Origin: Eledone cirrhosa
Taxonomy: Eukaryota
Assembly: GCA_964016885.1 (NCBI GenBank)
Contig: OZ024743.1
Span: 202,120,001 to 202,184,000, forward strand
Direction of reading: 5' to 3'
DNA length: 64,000 nucleotides
Below are positions 40,567 to 53,559 of this stretch, in pieces. Every line of letters begins with the position of its first letter. Position 1 is the first letter of the stretch. A model generated the notes under the pieces. That model had not been told where the DNA came from. It searched no databases and saw only the letters and a list, made by a program, of their open reading frames with translations. The position numbers and the translations under genes were made by a program.

Positions 40567-40884
40567 CGTGTGCATTTGTGTGCGTGTGCGTGTGCGTGTG
40601 CGTGTATACATAAATACGCAAATATGTTATACATTTATAATAAATGTGTGTGTGCACGTGCGGCGATGTGTGCACATTTGCGTGTTTATATATTTGGATG
40701 CATATATATATATATATACATACAGCATATACGTGAGTATTTATATGTATATATGTAAGCATGCATCCATATTTCACTTATGGAAAAGCAGTTACAGCGC
40801 TACACAAATGACTTTGCTCTATCTCTTCCGGTTTTTCACCATTTAAATATAAATCCTGCAAATAGCAATCGTTTCTGAGTCGGA

Positions 40885-41045
40885 GATATATCGTAGCAAT
40901 TGAGCACCGTGTTAATTTAACTGCCTGCAAACCGTTAGGTTCTGAGTTCACTTCTACTGCACGATATCTTGGGTCTGTATCATTTACCATAGGGTTGTGT
41001 TGAACCATGGCATTTGAGTGAAATTATATAGACGAAAACTGATCC
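40885..41045 (+). mobile_element. Decayed SINE of a second family
   Basis: tRNA-like head ..ggttctgagttcacttctactgc..cttggg..gagtgaaatt..tagacgaaaactga; family resemblance from memory, not searched. Confidence 0.4.
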
Positions 41046-41506
41046 GAGGCTGACCAGCTAGATTGTACCTATAATTCAAAGGTTTAGCCAAAACTCGCGG
41101 TATGTCAGCCTAAAGCTCCACACCAATCAAATTAGCACTACATGTGCCTGTGTAATGATCAAGCACTTACATTTTAATTCAGTTACAAGCCTGTTCCGTT
41201 CGTCGAACCAATGGTATACTCATCATCGAAACCGACGGAGATCCAAACGACAAGAATAGATGTCTGTGATGAACGTAAAAACTAATGATATGAAAATACA
41301 AATTTTTGACTTGATTCATTTTTAAGTGGTTTGTAATCGAATCATTTTTTTTATATATAATAATACTTAGAATTTCTTTCTCGAAGCAATAAATTCATTC
41401 TTCCTTGATTTATACTTTGATCAAAGAGATTTTAGCTAAGATATCATATAGAGAATGAAAAATAAATCTACTACGAATAACGATTGATTTGTTCTATCTA
41501 GTTTTG

Positions 41507-41898
<392 letters not shown>

Positions 41899-42656
41899 AC
41901 GTATAAGTGAGTATGTGTATGCATTTCTGTCTGTACACAAAGGTCGGTGACTGCCAATTTATCAGAGCGAAGTATAACATTTTTCTGCAATTTATTCCGT
42001 CTCTATGTGTCGTATATTCAAATCCCACCCATATCAATTAGGTACCCAAAGTCGAAAATTATAGAGATGGACGAGAAATATTTTGTCAGAAATCGGAGAA
42101 GTATGGCTTATTTGATACACACACAATCACACACGAACACGCGCGTACACACAGAGATAGAGACTTGCATATATATATGTATATGTCTCTCGTCTCTTAC
42201 TCCACTGGACAGTGCCTGGCTTGTGTCAGACGTAAATAACCCTGGGCGTGCCAGCCGTACATTTGTTAGAGGTCGAAACTGCCAAGGTTCAGCTCAACGG
42301 CCGTTGAACCAGGGGCTCTGTGTCCTTCGTTTGTATTTTTATTTTAAAAACAATGTTTAAGGTTTTCTCATAAAATATTGTTTTTCGTTCGTTGTCTTTT
42401 CCTCGCTTTGTTATTTTTCTTAAGTTTATATATACATATATATCCGTATGTATTTGACGTCTGAGAGAAAAAATACTCATATCGAAATATAGTTTAAATA
42501 TTCATTTATTAACACTACATTGTGAGTCTTGTTACTCTGATATTTCACCTGCTTATCATTCTTGTCTTGTTTGATCACTCTATGATAAGCAGGTGCAACT
42601 AAAGTGTAGCAGGACTCACTATTTAACCTCAATAAATTAATATAGATTAATATATG

Positions 42657-42714
<58 letters not shown>

Positions 42715-42854
42715 TGTGTGTGTATGTGTGTGTATCAAGTATACTCGTATATGGGTCACAGTCTTAGATGCATCACTCCTCCATTTTAAGATCATATAAA
42801 ATGCACCATATGTTTTGAATTAAGGTTATTTAGCTCTTATTAAAAGTTATATAG

Positions 42855-42900
<46 letters not shown>

Positions 42901-42954
42901 CGTTTCTTAATTTGTTTAGCAAGATTCTTTATCTAAAAACGTGTGTTGAAACCG

Positions 42955-43200
42955 ATATTGTTATACTTTGGGAGGGTTATGTTGCCAATAAGAAACACAC
43001 GCACCAGTTGCTTTTACTTCAATTTATTATAATAAATTTATAAATTTAGGAATTTATAAATTTCCGGTTGGTTGGTTCCACAACCAGATGATTGTTTATA
43101 TATTGTCAAAGTTCTTTCGTCACACATTATGTGACCTCTTCAGTGACTGGGATTCTTTTCTTTGTTTTGTGCCTCTCCTTTGTTCTGTCCTACGCCATGT
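42955..43200 (-). mobile_element. Hammerhead-bearing repeat (hammerhead at 43105-43147)
   Basis: gtca-CTGAAGA-g-gtcacat-aat-gtgtgac-GAAA-gaac-TT-tgac. Confidence 0.72.
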
Positions 43201-43377
43201 TGTTTTTGTGTGTGTTGTGTACTTAGTTTGCGCATGTGTTACATCCGGATGTCTGTGTGTGTTTATATTTGTTTATTTATTTGTTTATTTACATGTTATT
43301 GGTTGGTTGTTTGTTCTATGTGCGTGTGTGTTTTCATTTTGTCCTTAATTGTAAGTTGTGATGTTGCTGTTGCTGTT

Positions 43378-43779
43378 CCATTATCGATTTTCTGAAAATT
43401 TCAAGTACCCCACGCTGATCCCCGCATGAAAATACTATGTACGTCAAACTTCATTGGAATCGGACAAATTTCGTAAATATCGATGTTTGCCTCTGGTGAT
43501 CCAATTATCGATTTTTCGAAAAATTAATGTAGCCCACGTTCAAAATACAAATTTCCGTCGAGTTTCATTGAAATCGGACGATTTTTGAAAATATCGATGT
43601 TTGGCGCTTATGGGGGCCCGATTATCAAGTTTTCGAAAATTTCAAGTAGCCTATTCCAATCGACGGGTTGAGTTTTATATATGTGTCAAGTTTCATAAAA
43701 ATCGGATGAACGGTGTAGCCTACAAGTTCGGGTCACCAAACAAACAAACAACGCCCAACTTCACTTTATATATAAGATA
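43378..43779 (-). mobile_element. Non-autonomous Helitron-like fragment with ~120-bp internal tandem repeats
   Basis: Minus strand begins aTCttatatataaag..(gttt)n; three attatc(g/a)..tttcat..aatcgga units at 43381, 43504 and 43621. Confidence 0.45.
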
Positions 43780-43918
43780 TATAAGCAAAGGGATATTTAA
43801 TTTGTTGGTAATTCAACAAATATATATATTTATAACTGATTCGAAGCACTCGACAGTTTTTCTGGAGTATAAGATAAATTATATTAATAAATGGAAACTA
43901 TATTTATAATACCATATT

Positions 43919-43979
43919 TATTCTATTATATATATTTCAAGGGTACCAAAACTTTGTTACGCTCTCATCAGATAAAATA
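43919..43979 (-). ncRNA. Type I hammerhead, intact core
   Basis: tattttat-CTGATGA-gagcgtaacaaa..ttggtaccctt-GAAA-tatata-TA-atagaata. Confidence 0.78.
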
Positions 43980-44223
43980 CAAAACTTGCTTTATAAATAT
44001 TGACATATCCAGGAACGAGATCTTAACAGTTCAAGTTTTACCTTGATAGTAAAAGCAAAAAGGGGAAGAGAGGAAAAAATAAATATTTCAAATTATTAAG
44101 ATCAATATTCAAATGAGGTTCAAGTATAGGGCTGAACAAAAAACGTTATGTTTAGACGTTAGATAATTATTAGGATATATATATATATGTATGTATAGTA
44201 AGAAGAAAGAGCAAGAAAGAAAA

Positions 44224-44900
44224 TCATGTTTTTACTTGAATTTTAAAAGATTGAAACTTTATAAGAATTAACAGTTTGTTAGAGTGGTGGAATGTGATTC
44301 CAGAATTTAAAAAATATTTAACTAAATTATGAGTTATAATATTATATATATAGTCTTTTAGATTATATGAAGAATTATGGTTGTAAGTACATTTTATCTT
44401 ATTATATTGCATTAGGTTGAAGTAGATAAATATCTATATAGATTAATAGGTGTATAAATATAAGTATAAAAAAACACAGTATTAATTTGTTTACATTTCT
44501 AATATGAGTTACGAAATATGTTGATTTTACATTTTACATATATATTTAAGAAAAAGACGTAGTTCAAATTATAAGAGAATAAGAATTTGTAGATTCAAAT
44601 ATTTTCATCCAACATTAAAAATATTTTCAGAACATTATTAATTTAGCGAAATTACATAATTTATCATAGAAGTTATTATGTCTATGTTTGCTCGATTGTA
44701 AAGGAAAAGATAACTCCAATATTATTTGTTAAACTATTAGATTTGATGAATAATTCTTTTAGAAATTGCGGAAAGTATGTAGAGAAAATTATATATTATT
44801 TTGTGTGACATTATAAGGTATTTTATATTACATGTTTTCAAGGATGAAAATTTCAACTTCGAAAGATGTGTGAAACGTTTGAAGATTAAGGAGAGGAAAA
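44224..44900 (-). pseudogene. Possible highly decayed Penelope RT remnant
   Basis: Only short peptide echoes (SAISKRIIHQ vs GIISKKILDR; FESTNSYSLI vs FDIDNYYSSI; GITFHHSNKL vs NITFEKTSKV), upstream of a same-strand hammerhead. Confidence 0.3.
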
Positions 44901-45156
44901 ATGTATTATTAGATAAGTCGAGAGTGCATTTAGAAGAACTATCGTAAATAGGATATCTTACAGAATATCAATTAAAAAGTATTAATCTAAAACAATATAT
45001 ATAAATCTAAAAAAATATATTGATAAGTGTATCATTAGGAAAAGATTATCAATTGGTAAAAATACTAAATTTAAAGGTAAACAGAAATAACAAAACAATC
45101 GGTACAGTATATGGAAGGTATATATATGGTTAACACTTGATATAACAGGAAGATGA

Positions 45157-45192
45157 CCTCAACGTTTTGGACGCTAGTCCTTCATCAGAAGA
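45157..45192 (-). ncRNA. Minimal hammerhead with G12A mutation
   Basis: tctt-CTGATGA-a-ggac-tagc-gtcc-AAAA-cg-TT-gagg. Confidence 0.55.
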
Positions 45193-45879
45193 AAGATTGA
45201 GAAATACAATAGATTGAGGTGACGGGCGGGATGGAATTGGAAAAAATGTCTTTCGATGAAACCAAAAGGTCCATTTATGTTGGCATCTCTTGCAAAACTG
45301 TTGGTGTTGGCGTTTTGTGTATGATTTATTTTTTAGAAAAGTGGATAGAAATAAAACTTTTAATTTACTAGATTTCTGATTTTCACTTTTAATTTACTAG
45401 ATTTCTGATTTTCAAGTTCCAATCTTAAATCTTGATTTCTCTTTATTAATTTGTTAATTGTTTCCTGCCCTCTTCACTGTATCACCTTATATTTATTTTT
45501 AAGTTGAGATTGATTATAGCACAAACACATTTAGTTTGATTATTTCATCTTAACATCTTGTCTCATACCAATCTATCCAACATATTCTGACCTTGAGATT
45601 AGTTATAGCACACACACACTTTATCCTACATTATTTCTCACTTCTCCATATTCATTTTCATTACTTTTTCACCAATTTTTCATTTATTCTTTATTCTTTA
45701 TTCTTTATTCTCTATTTATTTATTTATTTTCAAATTATACAAATTATATTAATTATTTTATTATATTATTTATTTATTTTCTGTTTTCTTCATTTATTGC
45801 CTTATATTTCTTCATATACATGGAATAAACCCCCCACCCCCACCACCACCACCACTATGATGGTGGCAGGAGGGATGAA

Positions 45880-46572
45880 GAAAAAACACACACTGGATAC
45901 TTCTAAATTGTTAGCAGCAGCAAGATATAAGCTGACCACAACACCAACAACACTACCAAAATAATGGTAGAGGTCAAATGTACTGAACAATAGCAGGCAA
46001 AAACACTACAGGGAGCCTCACCCCAGAAAGAATTCTATAGACTTCTGACCGAGGAATGCTCTCAGAACTGACCAATGGGAAGTTTGACACACTTTTTTTG
46101 TTATTTTGTTCCTTTAACACCTTGTCCCTTCTACCATTTTATCAATGTTTAAGTTAACTCCAACAATAACAACAGTTAGAATGAGGAATGTTCTAATAAC
46201 TGACCAATGAGAGGAGAAGAGGACCTTTGACACTGAAATTCGTTTCTTTGAATTCATATGACTCCAGTTCCACAGTGAAATAACAACCCAACAAGGAACT
46301 GGGCATATCAGAGTATTGACAATATTATACACCTAAACAACATATGTACTTGTCTATACCATACTAATTCAAACTGCCTGAAGAGGTCACAGCCAAAGAT
46401 GGCTGTCACTGAAATATATATAGCAGTAATAAACGAAGCTAAATTTTAATCATTTGACTTTTATTTAACCTTATTTTACACTACTCCGGAGTAACCAAAC
46501 CAAACTGCGCACTTCGTCGAGTGCTCCAGCCTGCATACTGAGGTGTTGGTATACAACCAACATAAACTCAAA
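45880..46572 (+). mobile_element. Hammerhead-bearing PLE-type 3' end (7661 family)
   Basis: Colinear with the reverse complement of 7661-8160 and with 8163-8580. Confidence 0.75.
46373..46427 (+). ncRNA. Type I hammerhead, intact
   Basis: actgc-CTGAAGA-ggtcacagcca-aaga-tggctgtcact-GAAA-tatata-TA-gcagt. Confidence 0.85.
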
Positions 46573-46903
46573 ATCTCTCTCTCTATATATATATATATAT
46601 AATTGTTTCTACTTTAGGCACAAGGCCAGCAATTACCCAGTGCATTACTGGTACTTTATTTTATCGACCCCGTAAGGATGAAAGGGAAAGTCAACCTCGG
46701 CGGGATATAATAATAATAAATATGAAGACTAAAATCCGAAGAGGGCTCGATAAGGATTATATATATCAAAATGATATATAAACACGTAGAGCAAATATTT
46801 ATTTTAAGAACCGAATAAAGTTTAAGCAAATAATCGCTCCTTTCACCTTTAACGTTAAGGGCAAAAGCAGCGATTCTTTGTTTAAACATTAATGTCTTGT
46901 TAA

Positions 46904-46964
<61 letters not shown>

Positions 46965-47253
46965 AAATAACGAAACGAAATTAAATTTCGTTTCGTTTGC
47001 AACTCACTTATGTATGACTGACGCTTAAACAATTAAGTTAAAAATGTACATCTACATATGCATACTGAAATACTAGTGTGTATATGAATACACACACGTA
47101 TACATATGTAGGTGTACCAAGTCTTTCACTGGTCGCTTTACAGTGAGCGGCCCAGCTATTCTGTATGTAAACACACAGACAAACCGGTTTTTAGAGTCAT
47201 ACTGGTTTTTGGGCGAACACCTTCCCCCTATTCTCCAGAAAGCCAGACAAGGA

Positions 47254-47296
47254 ACATTGAACTAGTTTCGTTGTTGTTACAACTCATCAGCAATAT
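47254..47296 (-). ncRNA. Type I hammerhead, intact
   Basis: atattg-CTGATGA-gttgt-aaca-acaac-GAAA-ctag-TT-caatgt. Confidence 0.9.
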
Positions 47297-47845
47297 TTAC
47301 CTATCTACCGGCCTCTCTGGAGAATTGTAAAAGCACATATCGTTATATGCTTTTTCTATGAAAATTAGTAGTGGGCAGACTAATTTGCATAGAGTGTGAG
47401 TACGCACCGGTTCAGCGGAGACGATAAAAACAAATAACGAAACGGAATTAAATTTCGTTTCGTTTGTAACTCACTTTTGTATGACTGACGCTTAAACAAT
47501 TAAGTTAAAAATGTACATCTACATATGCATACTGAAATACTAGTGTGTATATGAATACACACACGTATACATATGTAGGTGTACCAAGTCTTTCACTGGT
47601 CGCTTTACAGTGAGCGGCCCAGCTATTCTGTATGTAAACACACAGACAAACCGGTTTTTAGAGTCATACTGGTTACAAACGAAACGAAATTTAATTTCGT
47701 TTCGTTATTTGTTTTTATCGTCTCCGCTGAACCGGTGCGTACTCACACTCTATGCAAATTAGTCTGCCCACTACTAATTTTCATAGAAAAAGCATATAAC
47801 GATATGTGCTTTTACAATTCTCCAGAGAGGCCGGTAGATAGGTAA

Positions 47846-47888
47846 ATATTGCTGATGAGTTGTAACAACAACGAAACTAGTTTAATGT
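47846..47888 (+). ncRNA. Type I hammerhead, intact
   Basis: atattg-CTGATGA-gttgtaacaacaac-GAAA-ctag-TT-taatgt (first stem I pair is G-U). Confidence 0.87.
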
Positions 47889-48312
47889 TCCTTGTCTGGC
47901 TTTCTGGAGAATAGGGGGAAGGTGTTCCCCCAAAAACCAGTATGACTCTAAAAACCGGTTTTTCTGTGTGTTTACATACAGAATAGCTGGGCCGCTCACT
48001 GTAAAGCGACCAGTGAAAGACTTGGTACACCTACATATGTATACGTGTGTGTATTCATATACACACTAGTATTTCAGTATGCATATGTAGATGTACATTT
48101 TTAACTTAATTGTTTAAGCGTCAGTCATACAAAAGTGAGTTACAATCGAAACGAAATTTAATTTCGTTTCGTTATTTGTTTTTATCGTCTCCGCTGAACC
48201 GGTGCGTACTCACACTCTATGCAAATTAGTCTGCCCACTACTAATTTTCATAGAAAAAGCATATAACGATATGTGCTTTTACAATTCTCCAGAGAGGCCG
48301 GTAGATAGGTAA

Positions 48313-48355
48313 ATATTGCTGATGAGTTGTAATAACAACGAAACTAGTTCAATGT
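48313..48355 (+). ncRNA. Type I hammerhead, intact
   Basis: atattg-CTGATGA-gttgtaataacaac-GAAA-ctag-TT-caatgt. Confidence 0.9.
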
Positions 48356-48578
48356 TCCTTGTCTGGCTTTCTGGAGAATAGGGGGAAGGTGTTCCCCCAA
48401 AAACCAGTATGACTCTAAAAACCGGTTTGTCTGTGTGTTTACATACAGAATAGCTGGGCCGCTCACTGTAAAGCGACCAGTGAATGACTTGGTACACCTA
48501 CATATGTATACGTGTGTGTATTCATATACACACTAGTATTTCAGTATGCATATGTAGATGTACATTTTTAACTTAATT

Positions 48579-48652
<74 letters not shown>

Positions 48653-48654
<2 letters not shown>

Positions 48655-49025
48655 CTTCTTTTTTTTTCGCCCACATATTTCTGACAGGGCCGTGGGGCGA
48701 AGTCCCCAAACACTCCTTCCAACGAGTCAAGTCTCAAGCAACCGTCTCCAACAGATCCGGCTGGATCCTCAAGTGAGACCAGCCAAGCTCATAGATATCA
48801 TCCAACCATTTTGCTCGAGGTCTACCACTGGGTCGCTTGCCGGTTGGCTTTGCTCATAGTATCGGAGATGTGATTTCTCATCTCGGGGATGTAGCGGCTC
48901 TACCTGGAGTGACTGTTTGATCTCCGAGATACGTACTCTTTCGAGTAACGTTATAGCAAAGACTCTTCGGAAGAACACCATTTCGATCCCTTGTATTCGC
49001 GATAGTATACTTTCAAGATTCATGA
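48653..49025 (-). mobile_element. RTE-clade LINE 3' fragment
   Basis: SRIQGIEMVFFRRVFAITLLERVRISEIKQSLQVEPL..EKSHLRYY; A/GAA tail. Confidence 0.8.
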
Positions 49026-49187
49026 CAATAGTTAATTAAGATTGGCACGAATTCCGAATTGAAGATAGTGAGTTTAGCTTTTAGACCTGTCTCCCGTCTT
49101 GTAACTACGACATGAATGATTTAAATGAAAATATAAGAACGATGGGAAAAAGAAAATACTGCGTATTAATTTACTTCCAAGAGTGTG

Positions 49188-49271
49188 TATGTATGTATGT
49201 ATGTATGTATGTATGTATGTATGTATGTATGTATGTATGTATGTATGTATGTATGTATGTATGTATGTATG

Positions 49272-49305
<34 letters not shown>

Positions 49306-49370
49306 TGTATGTATGTGTGTATGTATGTATGCACGTGTGTATGTATATATGTATGTACGTATGTATGTAC
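49188..49370. repeat. (ATGT)n microsatellite
   Basis: Direct reading. Confidence 0.97.
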
Positions 49371-50489
49371 GTGCGCTCATTGCACCATCAATTCAAAGGA
49401 ATAGAATACTAGGATGCTACAGTTTAAATGTATATTTCAGACATACATTGTGCATGCCAAGTTATGTTATCACCTATAAATGTTTTAGATTTCGAGAAGA
49501 AGAAGAAGAAGAAGAAGAAGAAGAAGAAGAAGAAGAAGAAGAAGAAGAAGAAGAAGAAGAAGAAGATCCCTAATAACCTTTCTTTTTTTCATAATAATGG
49601 GTAATTTCAAATATTGAAGCTTTTCTTTGAAGAAGAAAAATTGGAATTGAGATAAAAAGAAAGCAAGTACATGGATGAATAATGTGTACATAAAGAAAAA
49701 AACAGTAGCAAATATATTTTGAATGATATGGAAAGTTAAGTGAAGTTTGAAAGTTTATAGATTCTCAAAAATAAATTAAGAGGAAATACGTTTCTTTGAG
49801 GCTTCTATAGATGAAAAGATAGCTTTTAAAGGTGAGAGATGAGTTGCAAGGTACTAAAAGGAAACTCTAGTTTAATTAAAGACAATTTCAAATAATGTAA
49901 TAGCAATAATAATAACGGTTTCATTTGTCTATTACATTATTATTCATATGTTACATGTTTGATAATAATAATAATATTGATAACAACATCAACAACAAAA
50001 AAAAAACAACAGCAATAACATTATTAATAATAATGAAGGTTAACAGTCAAATCATTTCAAACAAGAATATTTTTGTATAGAATTTGATACTTATAAAGTG
50101 GTTTATGCAATGAATGTTCTCTGAGAAAGGAGGAATAACTTTCTAATATTTTTATATTATTTCTAGTATGTAAATCTAAGTTTTAAACAAATGTAAAATA
50201 CAGGGAAATCCTCCTATATTCAATTTTATGAATATTTTAATTTAATTTATTTCGATATAATACAGAAATTAATATTGTGCAAGGATACTTAGATTTAAGT
50301 GTTAGAAACGTTGTTTCAAAAACCTTTAAAGCACAAAAAAACACGATAAACTGAAAAATTAAGTGGAATTAAAGTTTAGCTTAAAAATGAAAGAATTAAA
50401 CAAAGATTAAGAAACAAATATTGAATGTAAGTACAGAGTTGAAAATGTAAATAAAATATGTTTTAAAAAGCAATTAAATTTCAAAGATA

Positions 50490-50894
50490 CAATCACGAAT
50501 ACAAGCTACGTGGCGGACGAAATGGGGTTCTTCTGAAGAGTCTTTGGAGTAACGTTACTCCATAAAGTACGTAGCTCAGATATCAGAGAATCACTCCAAA
50601 TAGAGCCGTTACTTCTCTGAATTGAGAGATCACAGCTCCAATAATATTGGCATGTGGTTAGAATATCTGGACAAATTTTACGGGCAAGACCAATCGGCAG
50701 GCAGAAGACCCAGGCGTAGAGCCCGAGAAAAATGGATGAACAACATCTATGAGCTTGGCTGGTCTCAGCTGGGGATCTTGCCGGATCAGTTGGAGATGGT
50801 TATTTCTTACAGGCCCCGCTAGACGGAGTGTTTGAGGACTTTGCCCCAACAACCCTCAAGAAGAAGAAGAAGAAGAAGAAGAAGAAGAAGAAGA
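50490..50894 (+). mobile_element. RTE-clade LINE 3' fragment with (GAA)n tail
   Basis: EMGFF*RVFGVTLLHKVRSSDIRESLQIEPLLL*IERSQL..GRRPRRRAREKW; homologous to 48653-49025. Confidence 0.82.
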
Positions 50895-51084
50895 AACAGC
50901 AGCAGCAGAGGCAGCTACAAAAGGGGAGTTGGCATTTATTCGTAGCAAGGTAAAAAGAGTTATGAGATATATTAGGTGCTAATTTTGGTGTTTGCAGCTT
51001 TAGAGATAAAAAAGGAATTAAAGGGGAATATTGATAGGCGAGGCAAAGAAGACTAAAATATACAGCTGACATATATCCTGCTTA

Positions 51085-51205
51085 ACTGGCCCCCACGAGG
51101 TTTCTCGGGGGTTTAGTTATAGCCCCAATCCTATCACAACCCGCCGCCCGGTCCGGAAATCGAATCCACTACCTTATGACTAGGAACCCAACAACCTAAC
51201 CATAA
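51085..51205 (-). mobile_element. tRNA-derived SINE head fragment
   Basis: tggttagg...ggattcgatttccgg (A-box remnant and B box). Confidence 0.4.
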
Positions 51206-52034
51206 GAAGGCACAATTTATAGGCAGAGAAGACATGTTGTTAAAGTATAAAGAACAAATTTAAAGCTGTATTTTTTTATTTTGGTGGGTAGTTTTTTAAT
51301 TAATGTTAACATTTTAAAAAGTTGCCATGAAAAACTCTTTTAAATATAATTTCTAATACCATCTCTTATGCTAAATTTTAAATGCATTAATGTTTTAATA
51401 AAACATCTGATTAATACTTAAATAAACTCGATGCGATATATTTATGTTTAGGAAAGAGGAATTAATGACTCCCTAGCTAAATTAGAAACAAAATTAACTA
51501 TGAAGCTTATACCTTATGTCAGCTAGAGCATATAAGTCTGAAGTAAGTAAAGGGATGGTTACAAGACCCGGAAAATACTTTGTAGCGTAAGTATAAGATA
51601 TAATTCAAAATGATAAAGAATTCTCATAAATAAAAGAGCCACATAGAGACAAGTCTATATCTATAGGAAATTAATGTGCAATAATTATGGTACGGTTAAC
51701 CTACTGGTTAAACTGTCAGATATGAATCTGAATCAGTGTTAGCGATGGCGTGTATGTGAAAAAGCTTAATATAGAATGACACATTCGAAGCAAGATGATT
51801 GCGAAGAATAAAATATGTATTTTTACGTTTTATGTTTGGTGAGATGATATAAACTTGAAAATAATCATTATCTACATGAATGGTTACCGGAATTGTAGTG
51901 GTGGTTCGTTTTTATGCATTTATGTATAAAAAATACGTTCCTTATGTTTATTAAGAATCTACACTTTTGCAAATAGACTGACTAAGCTATTCATTGTGCC
52001 ATGTCATTTTAGATATGATCATTAATATTCAGAA

Positions 52035-52825
52035 TGGTGGATTGGCAGTATCGGTATAGGGTCAGCTGTCATGCTTTGCAAGCAAAGAGTTACGGCCCTT
52101 TATGGTCTAAGTTCAAATCCCGCCGAGGTTAACTTTGCCTTTCACCCTTACGGGGTCGATAAAATGAAGTACCAGTAATACACTGGGATATTTGCTGGCC
52201 TTGTGCCAAAAGTAGAAACAATTATTATTCATAATGGTGGATTGATAAAAGAGCGTGGGGTAATTGTTTGGCTATATTTGTTCAGGCTCTTTGAGCTCTG
52301 AATTCAAATCACATCGAGGTCAACTTTGCCTTTCCTCCTAATGTGGTCGACAAAATACAATATCATAAAAAATTGGTCAATGTATTCGACTTTCCTTCCT
52401 CCACAAAATGTCTGGCCTTGTGTAAAAATAAGAAACATTTATCAGGGTGGCTGATTGGTAGAATATTTATGCGTCGGATTAAATGTTTTGCGGCATTTAG
52501 TCACGGCAATTTTCGTTCTGAATACAAATCTCACCAAGATTAACTCATTCTAGGATTCATAAAATCAACATCCCCACCCCCTTATCCTAATGTTAGAAAT
52601 TACTATTATCAGAATGGTGGATTTTCAGAATTATCAGATCGTTGGACAAAATGTTTTGCAGTATTTAGTTACAGCTCCTTACGTCCTGTTCAAATCTCAC
52701 CGAAATCCACTTTGTGTTTCATCACTTCTGGTCGATAAAATAAAGTACCAGTTATGTAATTGTTTTATTATATTCGTCTTTCCCCTTTCCCCAAATTGCT
52801 GGCTTTGTGCCAATGGTAGAAGTAG
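52035..52825 (+). mobile_element. Tandem cluster of about four SINE copies of differing divergence
   Basis: Repeated ggtggatt..ttcaaatc..ctttgcc..gtcgataaaa..ggccttgtgc units. Confidence 0.75.
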
Positions 52826-53559
52826 TCATTTTTTATGTTGATTTTGAGTATTTACTCGTATGCTTTATGGTTTAAAATTCATTTGCATTAAACACTAGGT
52901 TTTAGTTCTATTTTTTCTAGCTCATTTTTAAAAACTATCGATTTATGTATACGAACGACAAATATACTAAATGCTTCTTTATTTTGGAGAATCTATACAT
53001 TTTCTCCAAACAATACATTCATGATAAATTTACTAATTGTTTATTTACCTGAATATCTTATTCAACTATTTTATATTTGTCCTCATCCCCGCTAGCTCGC
53101 TCTCCTTTTTTAATCCCTTTGTCATCGTATTTGTAATGACTTTCACTCTATTCCAACTAATTAATGCAGAAGTTTGAGAGATTTACTAGAATTATTCATT
53201 ATTCCATTACTAACACATGGTTCTTATATTAAATTATTTTAGAAGATTTTGATTTGAATAGTAACCACTTAAAGTCGGAAATTTTGTCACAGCTAGATTT
53301 AGTTGCGTTGGTGTCAAATAAGATTAAATAAGGCCGTGCATACCTACGTCACCAGTTAGCTTTCATGTCCTTTTATCCTTCAAAATAATCCACTGGAAGT
53401 AGATTATTATGTTTGGCAAAAACTCTAATTAAAGATTTTTTTCTCTGTCTATTTCTCTCTTCATTCAAACAGATTTTTAGAAATTAGTCATTTATATTCG
53501 TTCACAAAGGTTTGAAATTTGCTACAGCTCTAGGGTTTCATAACTTAAAGCAGTTGAAT

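Larger units (their letters stand above)
46961..48582. mobile_element. 467-bp-unit retrozyme-like array: ~1.5 units (-) joined head-to-head to ~2 units (+), inserted in (TA)n
   Basis: Period 467 (46961/47428; 47846/48313); inversion junction at 47672; near-identical units; one hammerhead per unit. Confidence 0.9.

Noticed and set aside
47112-47330. 72-aa ORF (MYQVFHWSLY...) repeated with the 467-bp unit
   Set aside because: GTG start, antisense to the ribozyme strand, no motif, and I see no counterpart in the 428-bp sister family; conservation only reflects near-identical copies
46961-48582. CRISPR array or TIR DNA transposon interpretation
   Set aside because: No unique spacers; the ends are permuted positions of a tandem unit rather than fixed TIRs
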